From positions 1,120,001 through 1,184,000 of the forward strand of contig OY970332.1 of NCBI GenBank assembly GCA_963717435.1: 64,000 nt of DNA, given 5' to 3'. Of the stretch, positions 1-8,521 are shown piece after piece (the stretch's first letter is position 1; each line of letters opens with the position of its first letter). Source of the stretch: an uncultured bacterium (GTDB lineage Bacteria; Babelota; Babeliae; Babelales; Babelaceae). Below the pieces are notes generated by a model, which searched no databases, was not told where the DNA came from, and saw only the letters and a list, made by a program, of their open reading frames with translations. Both the position numbers and the translations under genes were made by a program.

Positions 1-980
1 AGCATCCCCTCAAGCTCTCTGACATTAGAAAAAACGCGCGATGCTATAAAATATGCAACGTCATCTTCTATTTTTACTTCCTGGAATTCGGCCTTCTTTT
101 TCAAAATTGCAACTCTGGTTTCAAGTGGCGGCGCTTGTATATCAACAATCAAGCCACCTTCTAGTCGTGATCTTAATCTTCCAGCCAAGCCTATAATGTC
201 TTCGGGCAAAGCGTCACTTGAAAATACAATCTGTTTTTTGGATTCTTGCAAACTATTAAATATATGAAAAAAAGCTTCTTGAGTTTGCTCTTTGTTTGAT
301 AAAAACTGTATATCATCAATAATAAGTGCGTCGACGTTTCTATATTTAGATTCAAAAAAATTTGTTTTATCAAATCTTATGGCATTAATAAATTCGTTAA
401 CAAATCTATCCGCAGTTTGATACAACACCTGTACGCTTTTATCTTTCAATTTTAAATCATGATAAACGGCTCTTAACAAATGCGTTTTTCCAAGACCCGA
501 TCCACCATAAATAAACAGTGGGTTATACAAAGTTCCTGGACCCTCAACCACTGCACGTGCAGCAGAGTAAGCAAGTTTATTATTGGGGCCAACTATGAAA
601 TTATCAAAATTAAATTCTGTTGCAGATAAATTCTTGTTATTATGCAAAACGATTTTATTTGAGACTATTGGCCTTGCTGGAATTATCGATGGCTCTTGTG
701 AAATTTTTAGGTGATTTATATTAACCGACTCACCTTCAACAAATATTATAACTTTGACTTGCGACTCGTTAAGCAACCTGCTCAAATGGATTTGAAAAAG
801 CTCCATATATTTTGACGTGAGCCAGTCTCTTACAAATGGATTAGGCGCGCAAAGATAGACCACCTTTGAATGGGCGTCCCAATGATTTAAAGAAACCGCT
901 TTGAACCACGTTTCAACAACGTTGCTACCGCTTTCTTCCTTAACAATTTTTAAGAATTCTTGCCAAATAATTTGAAACAC
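1..980 (-). CDS. dnaA: Chromosomal replication initiator DnaA (5' part; runs off the window)
   Basis: Manual translation from GTG at 980 gives MFQIIWQEFL...ETWF...FDNFIVGPNNKLAY...YNPLFIYGGSGLGKTHLL...IDDIQFL...TQEAFFHIFN...RLRSRLEGGL...SNVRELEG, with the frame open to the window edge. Confidence 0.97.
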   Translation of the reverse strand, partial: MFQIIWQEFLKIVKEESGSNVVETWFKAVSLNHWDAHSKVVYLCAPNPFVRDWLTSKYMELFQIHLSRLLNESQVKVIIFVEGESVNINHLKISQEPSIIPARPIVSNKIVLHNNKNLSATEFNFDNFIVGPNNKLAYSAARAVVEGPGTLYNPLFIYGGSGLGKTHLLRAVYHDLKLKDKSVQVLYQTADRFVNEFINAIRFDKTNFFESKYRNVDALIIDDIQFLSNKEQTQEAFFHIFNSLQESKKQIVFSSDALPEDIIGLAGRLRSRLEGGLIVDIQAPPLETRVAILKKKAEFQEVKIEDDVAYFIASRVFSNVRELEGM

Positions 981-1211
981 GGAACATCACTTAAACTAAA
1001 TAATTTTTTTTGATACAGATGAAATAGTACTGAAGTTGAAATCAAGAGTCAATAAAGTTGTAAAAAGCTTTTTTGTACAAGTTCGCAAGAAAAAAAAATT
1101 GGCTATAAATCTAGTAATTTATTTTTTTAATAAATACTTTGTAATTTTTTTATTTGTGTAGTTTTTAAAAATATATAATCAGGTTTTATTTTTTACTATT
1201 ACCAAGATTTT

Positions 1212-1802
1212 TTATTTTTTAAAAGAAGGTAATTTTATAGAGGAGATCATTAAAGACGAGATAATAACAACAAAGATAAATAACAACCCATTTCGGACAT
1301 CGAGATTAAACATAACCAACGAGGCGATAAAAAAAGCAGCGGCGGTTGTGGGAAGACCAGTAAAACTATTTATGCACTCATCAGAACTCTTGCAGTTAAA
1401 CCTAGCGAGCCTAAATAATCCCGCACATAAATAAAAAGCTAAAACAGCGGTTCCGACAAACCCTATTGTGCCCAAATGCCAACTATAAAGTAAAACTACT
1501 GGAGCCAAGCAAAACGAAACAGCGTCACATAAAGAATCCAGCTCCATCCCAAAATAGCTTGAAGAACCAAGTGCTCTTGCGAGCCTGCCATCAAAACTGT
1601 CCATTAATATAGCAAGCAAAATATACCCTGCAGCAGAAAAGTAATCCCCCTCAAGCGCTCGCAATATAGAGACCAAACCAAAAACGGCGTTCATGTAGGT
1701 AAAAAAATATGGGATCAAAAATAAGCCACTTTTAGATTTAGAAAGTGATTTTGAAAGAAGTTTTCTGCTTTTAATATTTTTAAAAATAGTTAACATATCC
1801 AT
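1212..1802 (-). CDS. pssA: CDP-diacylglycerol--serine O-phosphatidyltransferase
   Basis: CDP-alcohol phosphotransferase motif DSFDGRLAR...GMELDSLCDAVSF, RLARFN and FTGLPT; adjacent to psd. Confidence 0.93.
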   Translation of the reverse strand: MDMLTIFKNIKSRKLLSKSLSKSKSGLFLIPYFFTYMNAVFGLVSILRALEGDYFSAAGYILLAILMDSFDGRLARALGSSSYFGMELDSLCDAVSFCLAPVVLLYSWHLGTIGFVGTAVLAFYLCAGLFRLARFNCKSSDECINSFTGLPTTAAAFFIASLVMFNLDVRNGLLFIFVVIISSLMISSIKLPSFKK

Positions 1803-2461
1803 CTCCCAAGTACAGTTTTTCCACCATAAACTCTCTGACCTGCAGACACATTAAATTCAAAATTATCTGGTACAAATATATCAACACGGGACCCAAATTT
1901 GATCATGCCATATTTATCGCCCTGTTTAACTTCATCACCCTCTTTTGGCCAACAAACTATTACTCTTGCTATTGTGCCCGCAATCTGCCTTACCACCATT
2001 TTTCTATTGGGGTCGTTTATATCCTGAATCAAAATATCGTTACGCTCATTTAGGTCTGAACTTTTCTCAACAAACGCAAACATAAACTTGCCCGGCCAAT
2101 ATTGCTTTTTTATAATTTTACCTGACATAGGCGCCCACTGAACATGGACATCAAGGGGGGAAAGAAAGACTGAGATTCTCTTTGAAAATTTTTGGTCATA
2201 TAAATCTTGGCTTGATTTATCCAGATCTTTTATTGCCACCACTATCCCATCAGATGGGCAAATTGCAAGCTCGCTACTATTCGAGCCGTCCAGGTCTTGG
2301 TATATTCTTTCGGGATTTCTGAAAAAATAAATAGAAAATAGCAGAAATATAAACCCCGCTAGACTTATGTAATAGCTTAAAAAAACACCCAAAAAAATTA
2401 GGGCAAGAGAAATATATAATATACTCTTGCCCTCTTTAAAAATCAGATTATTTGATAACAT
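1790..2461 (-). CDS. psd: Phosphatidylserine decarboxylase proenzyme
   Basis: FFRNPER, SVFLSPLDVHV, RQIAG and the KFGSRVD autocleavage motif. Confidence 0.95.
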   Translation of the reverse strand: MLSNNLIFKEGKSILYISLALIFLGVFLSYYISLAGFIFLLFSIYFFRNPERIYQDLDGSNSSELAICPSDGIVVAIKDLDKSSQDLYDQKFSKRISVFLSPLDVHVQWAPMSGKIIKKQYWPGKFMFAFVEKSSDLNERNDILIQDINDPNRKMVVRQIAGTIARVIVCWPKEGDEVKQGDKYGMIKFGSRVDIFVPDNFEFNVSAGQRVYGGKTVLGRWIC

Positions 2462-2659
2462 AAATTATTCTATACTTAAAGCTTTAAAATAACATATATT
2501 ACCCATTCTAAAGCTTTTTATATTTTTTGAAAGAAAATAGTTAATAACAGCTGCAGGCAATTTATCAAAGTCGTTCTTTATTTTGCCTTTCCCCGCCCAA
2601 GCACCTGCTTTGGCCCCCATTCAGGTATTTAAGGCCTGCGCGAGCTAAAATATATTGGG

Positions 2660-3382
2660 CTAATTTTCATTAAACTTGAGGTACCATATTAAAGAAGCGA
2701 TTGCAGCAGAAACTATCAACGCAGTTTTTTTAGGATTTCTTTGCAAAATATTACCTTGTGGAAGCTGATCGGCCGGTATATTTAATTTGAAAGAATAAGA
2801 ATAATCTTCAAATCTATCTTTGATATTAGCAGGAAGGGTAGGTTCTGGGAATACACAAACAAACCCCGTTTTTTCATAAAATTTTATGGCCCCGATATTT
2901 GTACGCTTTACAGTAAGTTGTATTTTGGGGACTTTCAATTTTGCAAGCTCTTGTATTGCATGATTTAATAGTTCTTTGCCGTATCCATTGCCTTGATGAT
3001 CCTTGGCGACACCAATAAGATGTATCAGTCCGGTTCGAAAAATATGAAAGGTAAGAACATTAAAATCATAGGCTACGTAGTTAACGAAACCAACCACCTC
3101 GTCATCAACCTTGATTACATCAGTAATATATTTTGAGCTATCAAGATACTTTTCCGTTGTGCCTTTAGGAGAACCTAACGCTTCATAAGCTAAATAATGA
3201 TAATGCTCATCTAAAATTTTAATTACTGCTTCACGATGATTTAATCGATCATATCTTTCAATAGTTATAGTTGATTTAATCGATGGCAAAAAACCAATCA
3301 ATAAAAATAGATATATTATAGAATTTTTTATAGAAAACATAGACGGACCCCCAAATAGCATTTTGTATATTACTATATTCAA
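2660..3382 (-). CDS. GNAT acetyltransferase with N-terminal signal-like segment and C-terminal TM helix
   Basis: Acetyl-CoA motif VAKDHQGNGYGKELL and N..AIKFYEKTGF; hydrophobic segments at both ends. Likely start is the MFSIKN Met. Confidence 0.85.
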   Translation of the reverse strand: MNIVIYKMLFGGPSMFSIKNSIIYLFLLIGFLPSIKSTITIERYDRLNHREAVIKILDEHYHYLAYEALGSPKGTTEKYLDSSKYITDVIKVDDEVVGFVNYVAYDFNVLTFHIFRTGLIHLIGVAKDHQGNGYGKELLNHAIQELAKLKVPKIQLTVKRTNIGAIKFYEKTGFVCVFPEPTLPANIKDRFEDYSYSFKLNIPADQLPQGNILQRNPKKTALIVSAAIASLIWYLKFNEN

Positions 3383-3530
3383 TTATGAGAGTCTTTATCG
3401 CGTTGTCAAGTGCGTGCCGCATTCAAAATTAATAATTCCCAGTTTCCAGATAGGCATATAGAATTCAAAAAGTATATTTTACTGTAAAATTTGTCTAAAA
3501 TATTATCATACAATCTAAAAAAATTAATGT

Positions 3531-3566
3531 GCCCCTACTACGCGCTTGCGCTACGAAGGGCGCGGA
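3531..3566 (+). repeat. Palindromic element (family B, TNC/TNC internal loop) inside a duplicated tRNA-Arg 5' fragment
   Basis: GCCCCTAC-TAC-GCGC-TT-GCGC-TAC-GAAGGGC; its flanks rejoin to aaaaattaatgtgcc|tgtagctc, identical to 3623-3645. Confidence 0.75.
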
Positions 3567-3632
3567 TGTAGCTCTCACTTAAGAAGACTAAATTTAAGTT
3601 TGCTATATACTGTTAATTCAATAAAAATTAAT

Positions 3633-3709
3633 GTGCCTGTAGCTCAGTAGGATAGAGCAACGGATTCCTAATCTGTAGGTCGCAGGTTCAATTCCTGTCA
3701 GGCACACCA
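3633..3709 (+). tRNA. tRNA-Arg(CCT)
   Basis: GTGCCTG acceptor, anticodon loop TT-CCT-AA, GGTTCAATTCC T-arm, encoded CCA. Confidence 0.96.
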
Positions 3710-3927
3710 TCCTGCGCTAAAGCTCCGGATGGCGGGCCACCCTCTTTAAGCGTTTAAATTTAATATAATAAAAAATTTGATAGTAAAAAGCGCAGGATGC
3801 CCTCCGAAGTAAGCGAGCAAAGCGAGACACGCAGGACGGGCTACTTTGAAATTGTAAATTAATCCCCTGCGCCAAGGCTCCCGGCCGTCGCTCTTCGAGC
3901 TATGGCGGACAAGCCGGACTAGCAGGC
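3707..3927. repeat. Cluster of GC-rich palindromic elements (family B) downstream of tRNA-Arg
   Basis: CCATCC-TGC-GCT-AA-AGC-TCC-GGATGG (3707-3732), an inverted copy at 3799-3841 and a nested copy at about 3864-3927, all in AT-rich background. Confidence 0.75.
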
Positions 3928-3930
3928 CAT

Positions 3931-4275
3931 CTATGATATCTTTTTGACAAACTCAGATTTCAAACCCATCTTCCCAAATCCATCGATTTTGCAATCAATA
4001 TTATGATCTTCATCGACCAACCGTATGTTTTTTACTTTTGTACCAGCTTTGATGACAGATGAACTCCCTTTTATTTTAAGATCTTTGATTAGCGCTACAG
4101 AATCACCATCATTCAAGATATTTCCATGCGCATCTTTGACAATCTTTTTATCTTCAGCCTTGCCACTTTCTACTTCTCTGCTCCACTCATGATTACATTC
4201 TGGACAAATCAAAATCCCATCATTTTCATAAGTATACTCTGAACTACATTTTGGACAGTTTGGTAAATTAATCAT
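3931..4275 (-). CDS. yjdM: PhnA/YjdM zinc-ribbon protein
   Basis: CPKC..EYTY...[49 protein letters not shown]. Confidence 0.93.
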   Translation of the reverse strand: MINLPNCPKCSSEYTYENDGILICPECNHEWSREVESGKAEDKKIVKDAHGNILNDGDSVALIKDLKIKGSSSVIKAGTKVKNIRLVDEDHNIDCKIDGFGKMGLKSEFVKKIS

Positions 4276-4363
4276 TATTTCATTTCTTCTAATAATTATT
4301 GTTAAGTCTATTGTTTATAAATCGCGAAAAATTATGATTTTATGATTTACGCGACTTCCTCCA

Positions 4364-4580
4364 TTATTCTTTTATCTTTTTCAGAGCAGATCCTTTATGC
4401 ATGGCCAAGTGGCCTGTTTTGGTACTTTCTATTAAATATTGTGGCTCTTCTTTTGAGGCGTGAACTGTATAACCCTTAAAACTAATTTCTGATGTAACTT
4501 TTTTCTTGATTTTACCCCGCACTATTCCTACTTCTGAGTTCCATTCCACAAGATCCCCTACCTTAAAATCTTTAGACATT
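4364..4580 (-). CDS. DUF2945 (hypervirulence-associated Tudor-like) protein
   Basis: FKVGDLVEWNSEVG..RG...HASKEEPQYLIES.KTGHLAMHKGSAL; probable start MSKDF, downstream of the ORF-track start at 4639. Confidence 0.85.
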
Positions 4581-4607
4581 ATTAATTCTCCAATTAAAAT
4601 ATTTTTA

Positions 4608-5135
4608 TTATTCAGCTGGATAAGTGATATTCGTCCCATTTACAACGGCCCAAGGAGTAAGTTTATGCGGTTTTGCAGATGCAATGCTATAAATATCCTC
4701 AACTTCTATTCCATGTGCAAGTAAAGCATCGCCAATTAATGATCGATGACATCTCCACGGAATGGCTTCAGCACACATAATGGCTACCACTTTTTCATGT
4801 GAAATTTTAATAAGTTCTTTTATACCATCTTTAAATTCTGTTGTTTGCATATAATCAGCATATCCCCGAAATGAACTATTTCGCCAAGCCATATTAATCG
4901 AATTAATATTTGCATGACGCAAGCCACCCAAATCTTTTTCATGTCGATAGCCAATATGATGATTTCTCAAAGCATGCGCTAATTCTGGACCATTAAATTG
5001 TGGATTGTGGCGAGATTTTGGTATTGTGCGAATATCGACAACTTCAGTAATATTATAATGCTTAAGTATTTCTAAAAAATCTTCTATTGATCTAGTTGAA
5101 TGACCGATGGTAAATATACATAATCTTTTATTCAT
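4608..5135 (-). CDS. DUF488 family protein
   Basis: IFTIGHSTR, DIRTIPKSRHNPQFN, LGGLR, FRGYADYM, MCAEA.PWRCHRSLI. Confidence 0.92.
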   Translation of the reverse strand: MNKRLCIFTIGHSTRSIEDFLEILKHYNITEVVDIRTIPKSRHNPQFNGPELAHALRNHHIGYRHEKDLGGLRHANINSINMAWRNSSFRGYADYMQTTEFKDGIKELIKISHEKVVAIMCAEAIPWRCHRSLIGDALLAHGIEVEDIYSIASAKPHKLTPWAVVNGTNITYPAE

Positions 5136-5261
5136 ACAAAAAACCTATCATCTTTGTACCGAATACACTTGAAAACAGTCATATATTAATATGCACATAA
5201 CAACTAGTTTATTGCAAAGATTATGCCAATATGTATACAAACTTGCTGAAATAGTACTCAG

Positions 5262-5837
5262 TCACTTACTTTTTTGCAAACCAAAATGTTTAATAATAAT
5301 CTCAGATGTTTCTTCGGGACTTAATTTATTAGTGTCTAAGCTCAAATAAGGCGTGGCGCCAAAAATTCCTTCTTTGGGCTCCATGTCCCATTCTCTCTCA
5401 TTTTTTAATAAAATTTCTTTAGATAGCTCAATATCTCTTTTAGAATACTTATGATGCAATCTATGAGGAGTTTCGTTTCTTCTAAGTCTTTCTTCAAGAG
5501 TGGCTTGCAACTCAACTATATAAACATCAAAATGATTTTCCTTAAAAAGCTTGATCCATTCATTAAGTTGAGGAATTCCGGTTGGGCTATTATAGGCCGC
5601 AACAAATGTAAAAATTATTCCATTTGATTTGTTATTTATTATTTCTTCAAAAATTCGCGTTCTAAATTCTCCAACGAGTGTTTTATAACTTGGACTGCCA
5701 AAATCAAATAAAGGCAATAATGCGTCAATAATAAGATGATTATGAAAAACTTTTAAATCTAATTTTTTTGCCAGCTCATGACCAACGGTCATCTTGCCAA
5801 CTGCTGGTGGGCCAAGAATAATAATAAATTTAGACAT
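5262..5837 (-). CDS. P-loop kinase (shikimate kinase-like / AAA_33)
   Basis: N-terminal Walker A GPPAVGKMT, FHNH and ERLRRNETPHRL. Confidence 0.82.
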   Translation of the reverse strand: MSKFIIILGPPAVGKMTVGHELAKKLDLKVFHNHLIIDALLPLFDFGSPSYKTLVGEFRTRIFEEIINNKSNGIIFTFVAAYNSPTGIPQLNEWIKLFKENHFDVYIVELQATLEERLRRNETPHRLHHKYSKRDIELSKEILLKNEREWDMEPKEGIFGATPYLSLDTNKLSPEETSEIIIKHFGLQKSK

Positions 5838-5896
5838 TTAAATGGTACCTCTAAAGAAACTGGCGGCGCCAGGCGTAGCTACGAAGTAGCGAAGAC

Positions 5897-5973
5897 TGGT
5901 GCGCCCGGTAGGACTCGAACCTACAACCCACAGATTCGAAGTCTGGCACTCTATCCAATTGAGCTACGGGCGC
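5897..5973 (-). tRNA. tRNA-Arg(TCG)
   Basis: Reverse complement GCGCCCGTAGCTCAATTGGATAGAG...CT-TCG-AA...GGTTCGAGTCC...GGGCGCACCA. Confidence 0.96.
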
Positions 5974-5999
5974 GATATTAATTATATTAACAAAAATAT

Positions 6000-6749
6000 T
6001 TAAAGTTCAAAATAAGCCAAAAATTCTTTGTTGCCCTCAGTGCCAGTTATCGGTGATTCGATCACTCCAATAAGTTTAAAACCAGAAGAGACTATTCCTG
6101 ATGTCACAGTCTTAATAACTTCTTCGTGCACCTTCGGATCTGTAACAATCCCGCCCTTTCCAACTTGATGCTTGCCCGCTTCAAATTGTGGCTTAATTAA
6201 AGTTATTAATTTTCCGTTAGGCTTTAATAAATTTTTTACCGCATCGATAACTTTTAAGAGCGATATAAAAGAAAGATCCAAAGTTACTAGGTCAACTTTT
6301 TCTGGCAAACTTTCAAGATATCTTAAGTTTGTTTTTTCCATAACAACAACTTGGGGATTGGATCCTATTTTTTCATGAACTTGGCCGTGGCCGACGTCCA
6401 CTCCGTAAACTTTTTTTGCGCCGCGTTGCAATAAGCAGTCCGTAAAACCGCCAGTAGATAATCCGGCGTCGAGTATAACTAAATTATTTACGTCGATATT
6501 GAACTTCTCTAACGCTGCTTCCAGTTTCCAGCCGGCTCTGCAGACAAATTTTGGCTCTTGAATATTTAAAACTATTTCGGCAGTTTCTGGTAAAGTTGTA
6601 CCCGGTTTGGATACAACTTTACCGTCGACAGAAACTTTATTTTGCATGATCCAGCTTTGAATCTGCTGTCTACTATACTGAGGATAATTCTTCAAAACAA
6701 GAGCATCTAGCCTAAGCTTTTTTATCATTATTTGAAGACTCTTTATCAA
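6000..6749 (-). CDS. tlyA: TlyA family rRNA methyltransferase (S4 + FtsJ)
   Basis: RLD S4 domain, RAGWKL, LDAGLSTGGFTDCLLQ.GA, DLSFISL, LIKPQFEAG, SPITG..GNKEFL. Confidence 0.95.
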   Translation of the reverse strand: MIKSLQIMIKKLRLDALVLKNYPQYSRQQIQSWIMQNKVSVDGKVVSKPGTTLPETAEIVLNIQEPKFVCRAGWKLEAALEKFNIDVNNLVILDAGLSTGGFTDCLLQRGAKKVYGVDVGHGQVHEKIGSNPQVVVMEKTNLRYLESLPEKVDLVTLDLSFISLLKVIDAVKNLLKPNGKLITLIKPQFEAGKHQVGKGGIVTDPKVHEEVIKTVTSGIVSSGFKLIGVIESPITGTEGNKEFLAYFEL

Positions 6750-8403
6750 GCATCTCTTTTAATGTTTTTGATACCGGGTAAAAATATGTTGAAGAAAGCT
6801 TTATTTCATCTTTCAATAATATATCAAACGGCATCGCAGCGAATATATGCTCGCTTGTTTTTATTGTTAAATAGTTAGTTTTTTTGCTTTCTTTAATGGC
6901 ATCACGAAAATCTTGCAGAGTTTTAACAGATTTCCCGTTAACCTCAGAAAGAATTGCGCCGACACCGAGCGCTCTTGAGCGTGATGCTGAAGAATCTGGC
7001 AACACGTGAGTTATGACAAGCGCAGGATCAAACTGATTTTTTGGATCCATATATTTTATAAATTCCGGAGCGACATCTTTGAGCATCATTACGTGATTTA
7101 ATGTTAATTGCATGATCACCATGCCACCAACAACTTCGTAGTCTATCTCTTCATATCCCGGGAAAATTCTTTTAATTCCAGAAAGTTCAGATTCACCAAA
7201 CTTAAAATTGAATTCGATCTTCTTGCCGTTTCTGTATGCAACTATGTGTATATTGTCGCCAAGAACAAGTTTGGAAACATATGCAACTATAGATAATTTA
7301 TCTTCGCTCATTGGAATTGTTAAATCGCCATATAAATCTACAGGGTATCCGTCGATCTCGTAGATCATATCGCCAGACTTGATGCCCGCTTTGTATAATG
7401 GGCTGCCTGGAATTGCTTCCACAACATAAAGGCCACCAGGAAGTGGATTATTCAAGTATGTAGTTAAATCTTCACTTGCATTATTATATAAAATTCCCAA
7501 GTACGGCTTTCTTAGAAGTTTTACTGAACCGTCACGTGGATGAGCTTCAAGTTGCTTCAAGAATAATGCAACCTCGTTGCTTGGAATAATATAACCAACG
7601 TTTTGGGCTCCTACTATTATTGAAGTATTAACACCTATAACTTCTCCTTTTAGATTTAAAGATGGCCCACCAGAATTTCCAGGATTTATCGCGGCGCTTA
7701 TTTGAATCATTTGTTGCTCGCGTCCACTGACAACACCTGTAGTGCTCTTTAACGCTTGTTGGCCCAGTGGATAACCAAGTGTCATGATCTCATCAGATCT
7801 TCTTACAAAATCAGAATTTCCCACAGACAAAACTGGTATTTTATTTAATGCTTTTTTTACTTCATTAAGATCTTTTGCTGATAGCTTCAGAAGCGCCAGA
7901 TCACGTTCAGGACTTGCGCCAATAACTTCAACAACAAATCTGCGCTTGCCTAGTGATGGAATTTGGATCGCAAGTGCTTTTGCCTGATCAATAACATGGG
8001 CATTTGTTACAATTTCGCCCTTATCGTTAATAAAAAAACCAGATCCAGTTGCTTCGCCCTGATTTGGAGTTTTATATGGTTCTAATAAATTCAGCTCTGC
8101 TCGATGTGAAAAAATTTGCACAACTGTGTCTTTAACAATTGGTTGTAATTCTGACCAAGATTTTACGGTACCACCTGTGGATTCAACGGGCTTAACAGAA
8201 ACTGCATTTAATATTGAACCCAATCTATCGAGCCTGTTTTTTGTAGCTCGATAATCTCTATATATAAACGCGCCAAATACTGAAAGCAACCCTAAAAGCA
8301 GTATTGCAGCAATTTTTTGATAATTTTTATTCTCGAGTATATTGTTCATTCTATTTTTCCCAACTGTTTTAGAAAAATTGTAATCTAGATCTCTGAAACC
8401 CAT
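6712..8403 (-). CDS. HtrA/DegP-like serine protease with PDZ domains and N-terminal TM
   Basis: GSGF...TNAHV, DLALLK, AAINPGNSGGP triad; PDZ-like C-terminal regions. Confidence 0.92.
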   Translation of the reverse strand: MGFRDLDYNFSKTVGKNRMNNILENKNYQKIAAILLLGLLSVFGAFIYRDYRATKNRLDRLGSILNAVSVKPVESTGGTVKSWSELQPIVKDTVVQIFSHRAELNLLEPYKTPNQGEATGSGFFINDKGEIVTNAHVIDQAKALAIQIPSLGKRRFVVEVIGASPERDLALLKLSAKDLNEVKKALNKIPVLSVGNSDFVRRSDEIMTLGYPLGQQALKSTTGVVSGREQQMIQISAAINPGNSGGPSLNLKGEVIGVNTSIIVGAQNVGYIIPSNEVALFLKQLEAHPRDGSVKLLRKPYLGILYNNASEDLTTYLNNPLPGGLYVVEAIPGSPLYKAGIKSGDMIYEIDGYPVDLYGDLTIPMSEDKLSIVAYVSKLVLGDNIHIVAYRNGKKIEFNFKFGESELSGIKRIFPGYEEIDYEVVGGMVIMQLTLNHVMMLKDVAPEFIKYMDPKNQFDPALVITHVLPDSSASRSRALGVGAILSEVNGKSVKTLQDFRDAIKESKKTNYLTIKTSEHIFAAMPFDILLKDEIKLSSTYFYPVSKTLKEMLDKESSNNDKKA

Positions 8404-8521
8404 TTTAACCCAAAATTACAAAAATAACAGCCCACAAAATTTTATTAAAATTGAACTAGTCTAATTTTTCGATATATTAAACAAAAAACTTATATAACTT
8501 TATAATTTTATATATCAGAGA

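Noticed and set aside
191-373. 60-aa ORF in the ORF track
   Set aside because: Alternative frame inside dnaA; the dnaA frame is continuous through this region.
981-1211. oriC call upstream of dnaA
   Set aside because: AT-rich, but no convincing DnaA-box cluster was visible, so it was not annotated.
2545-2650. GC-richer intergenic patch, with a short resemblance to 23680-23715
   Set aside because: No clear fold, ORF or match to either repeat family; the similarity is too short to support a call.
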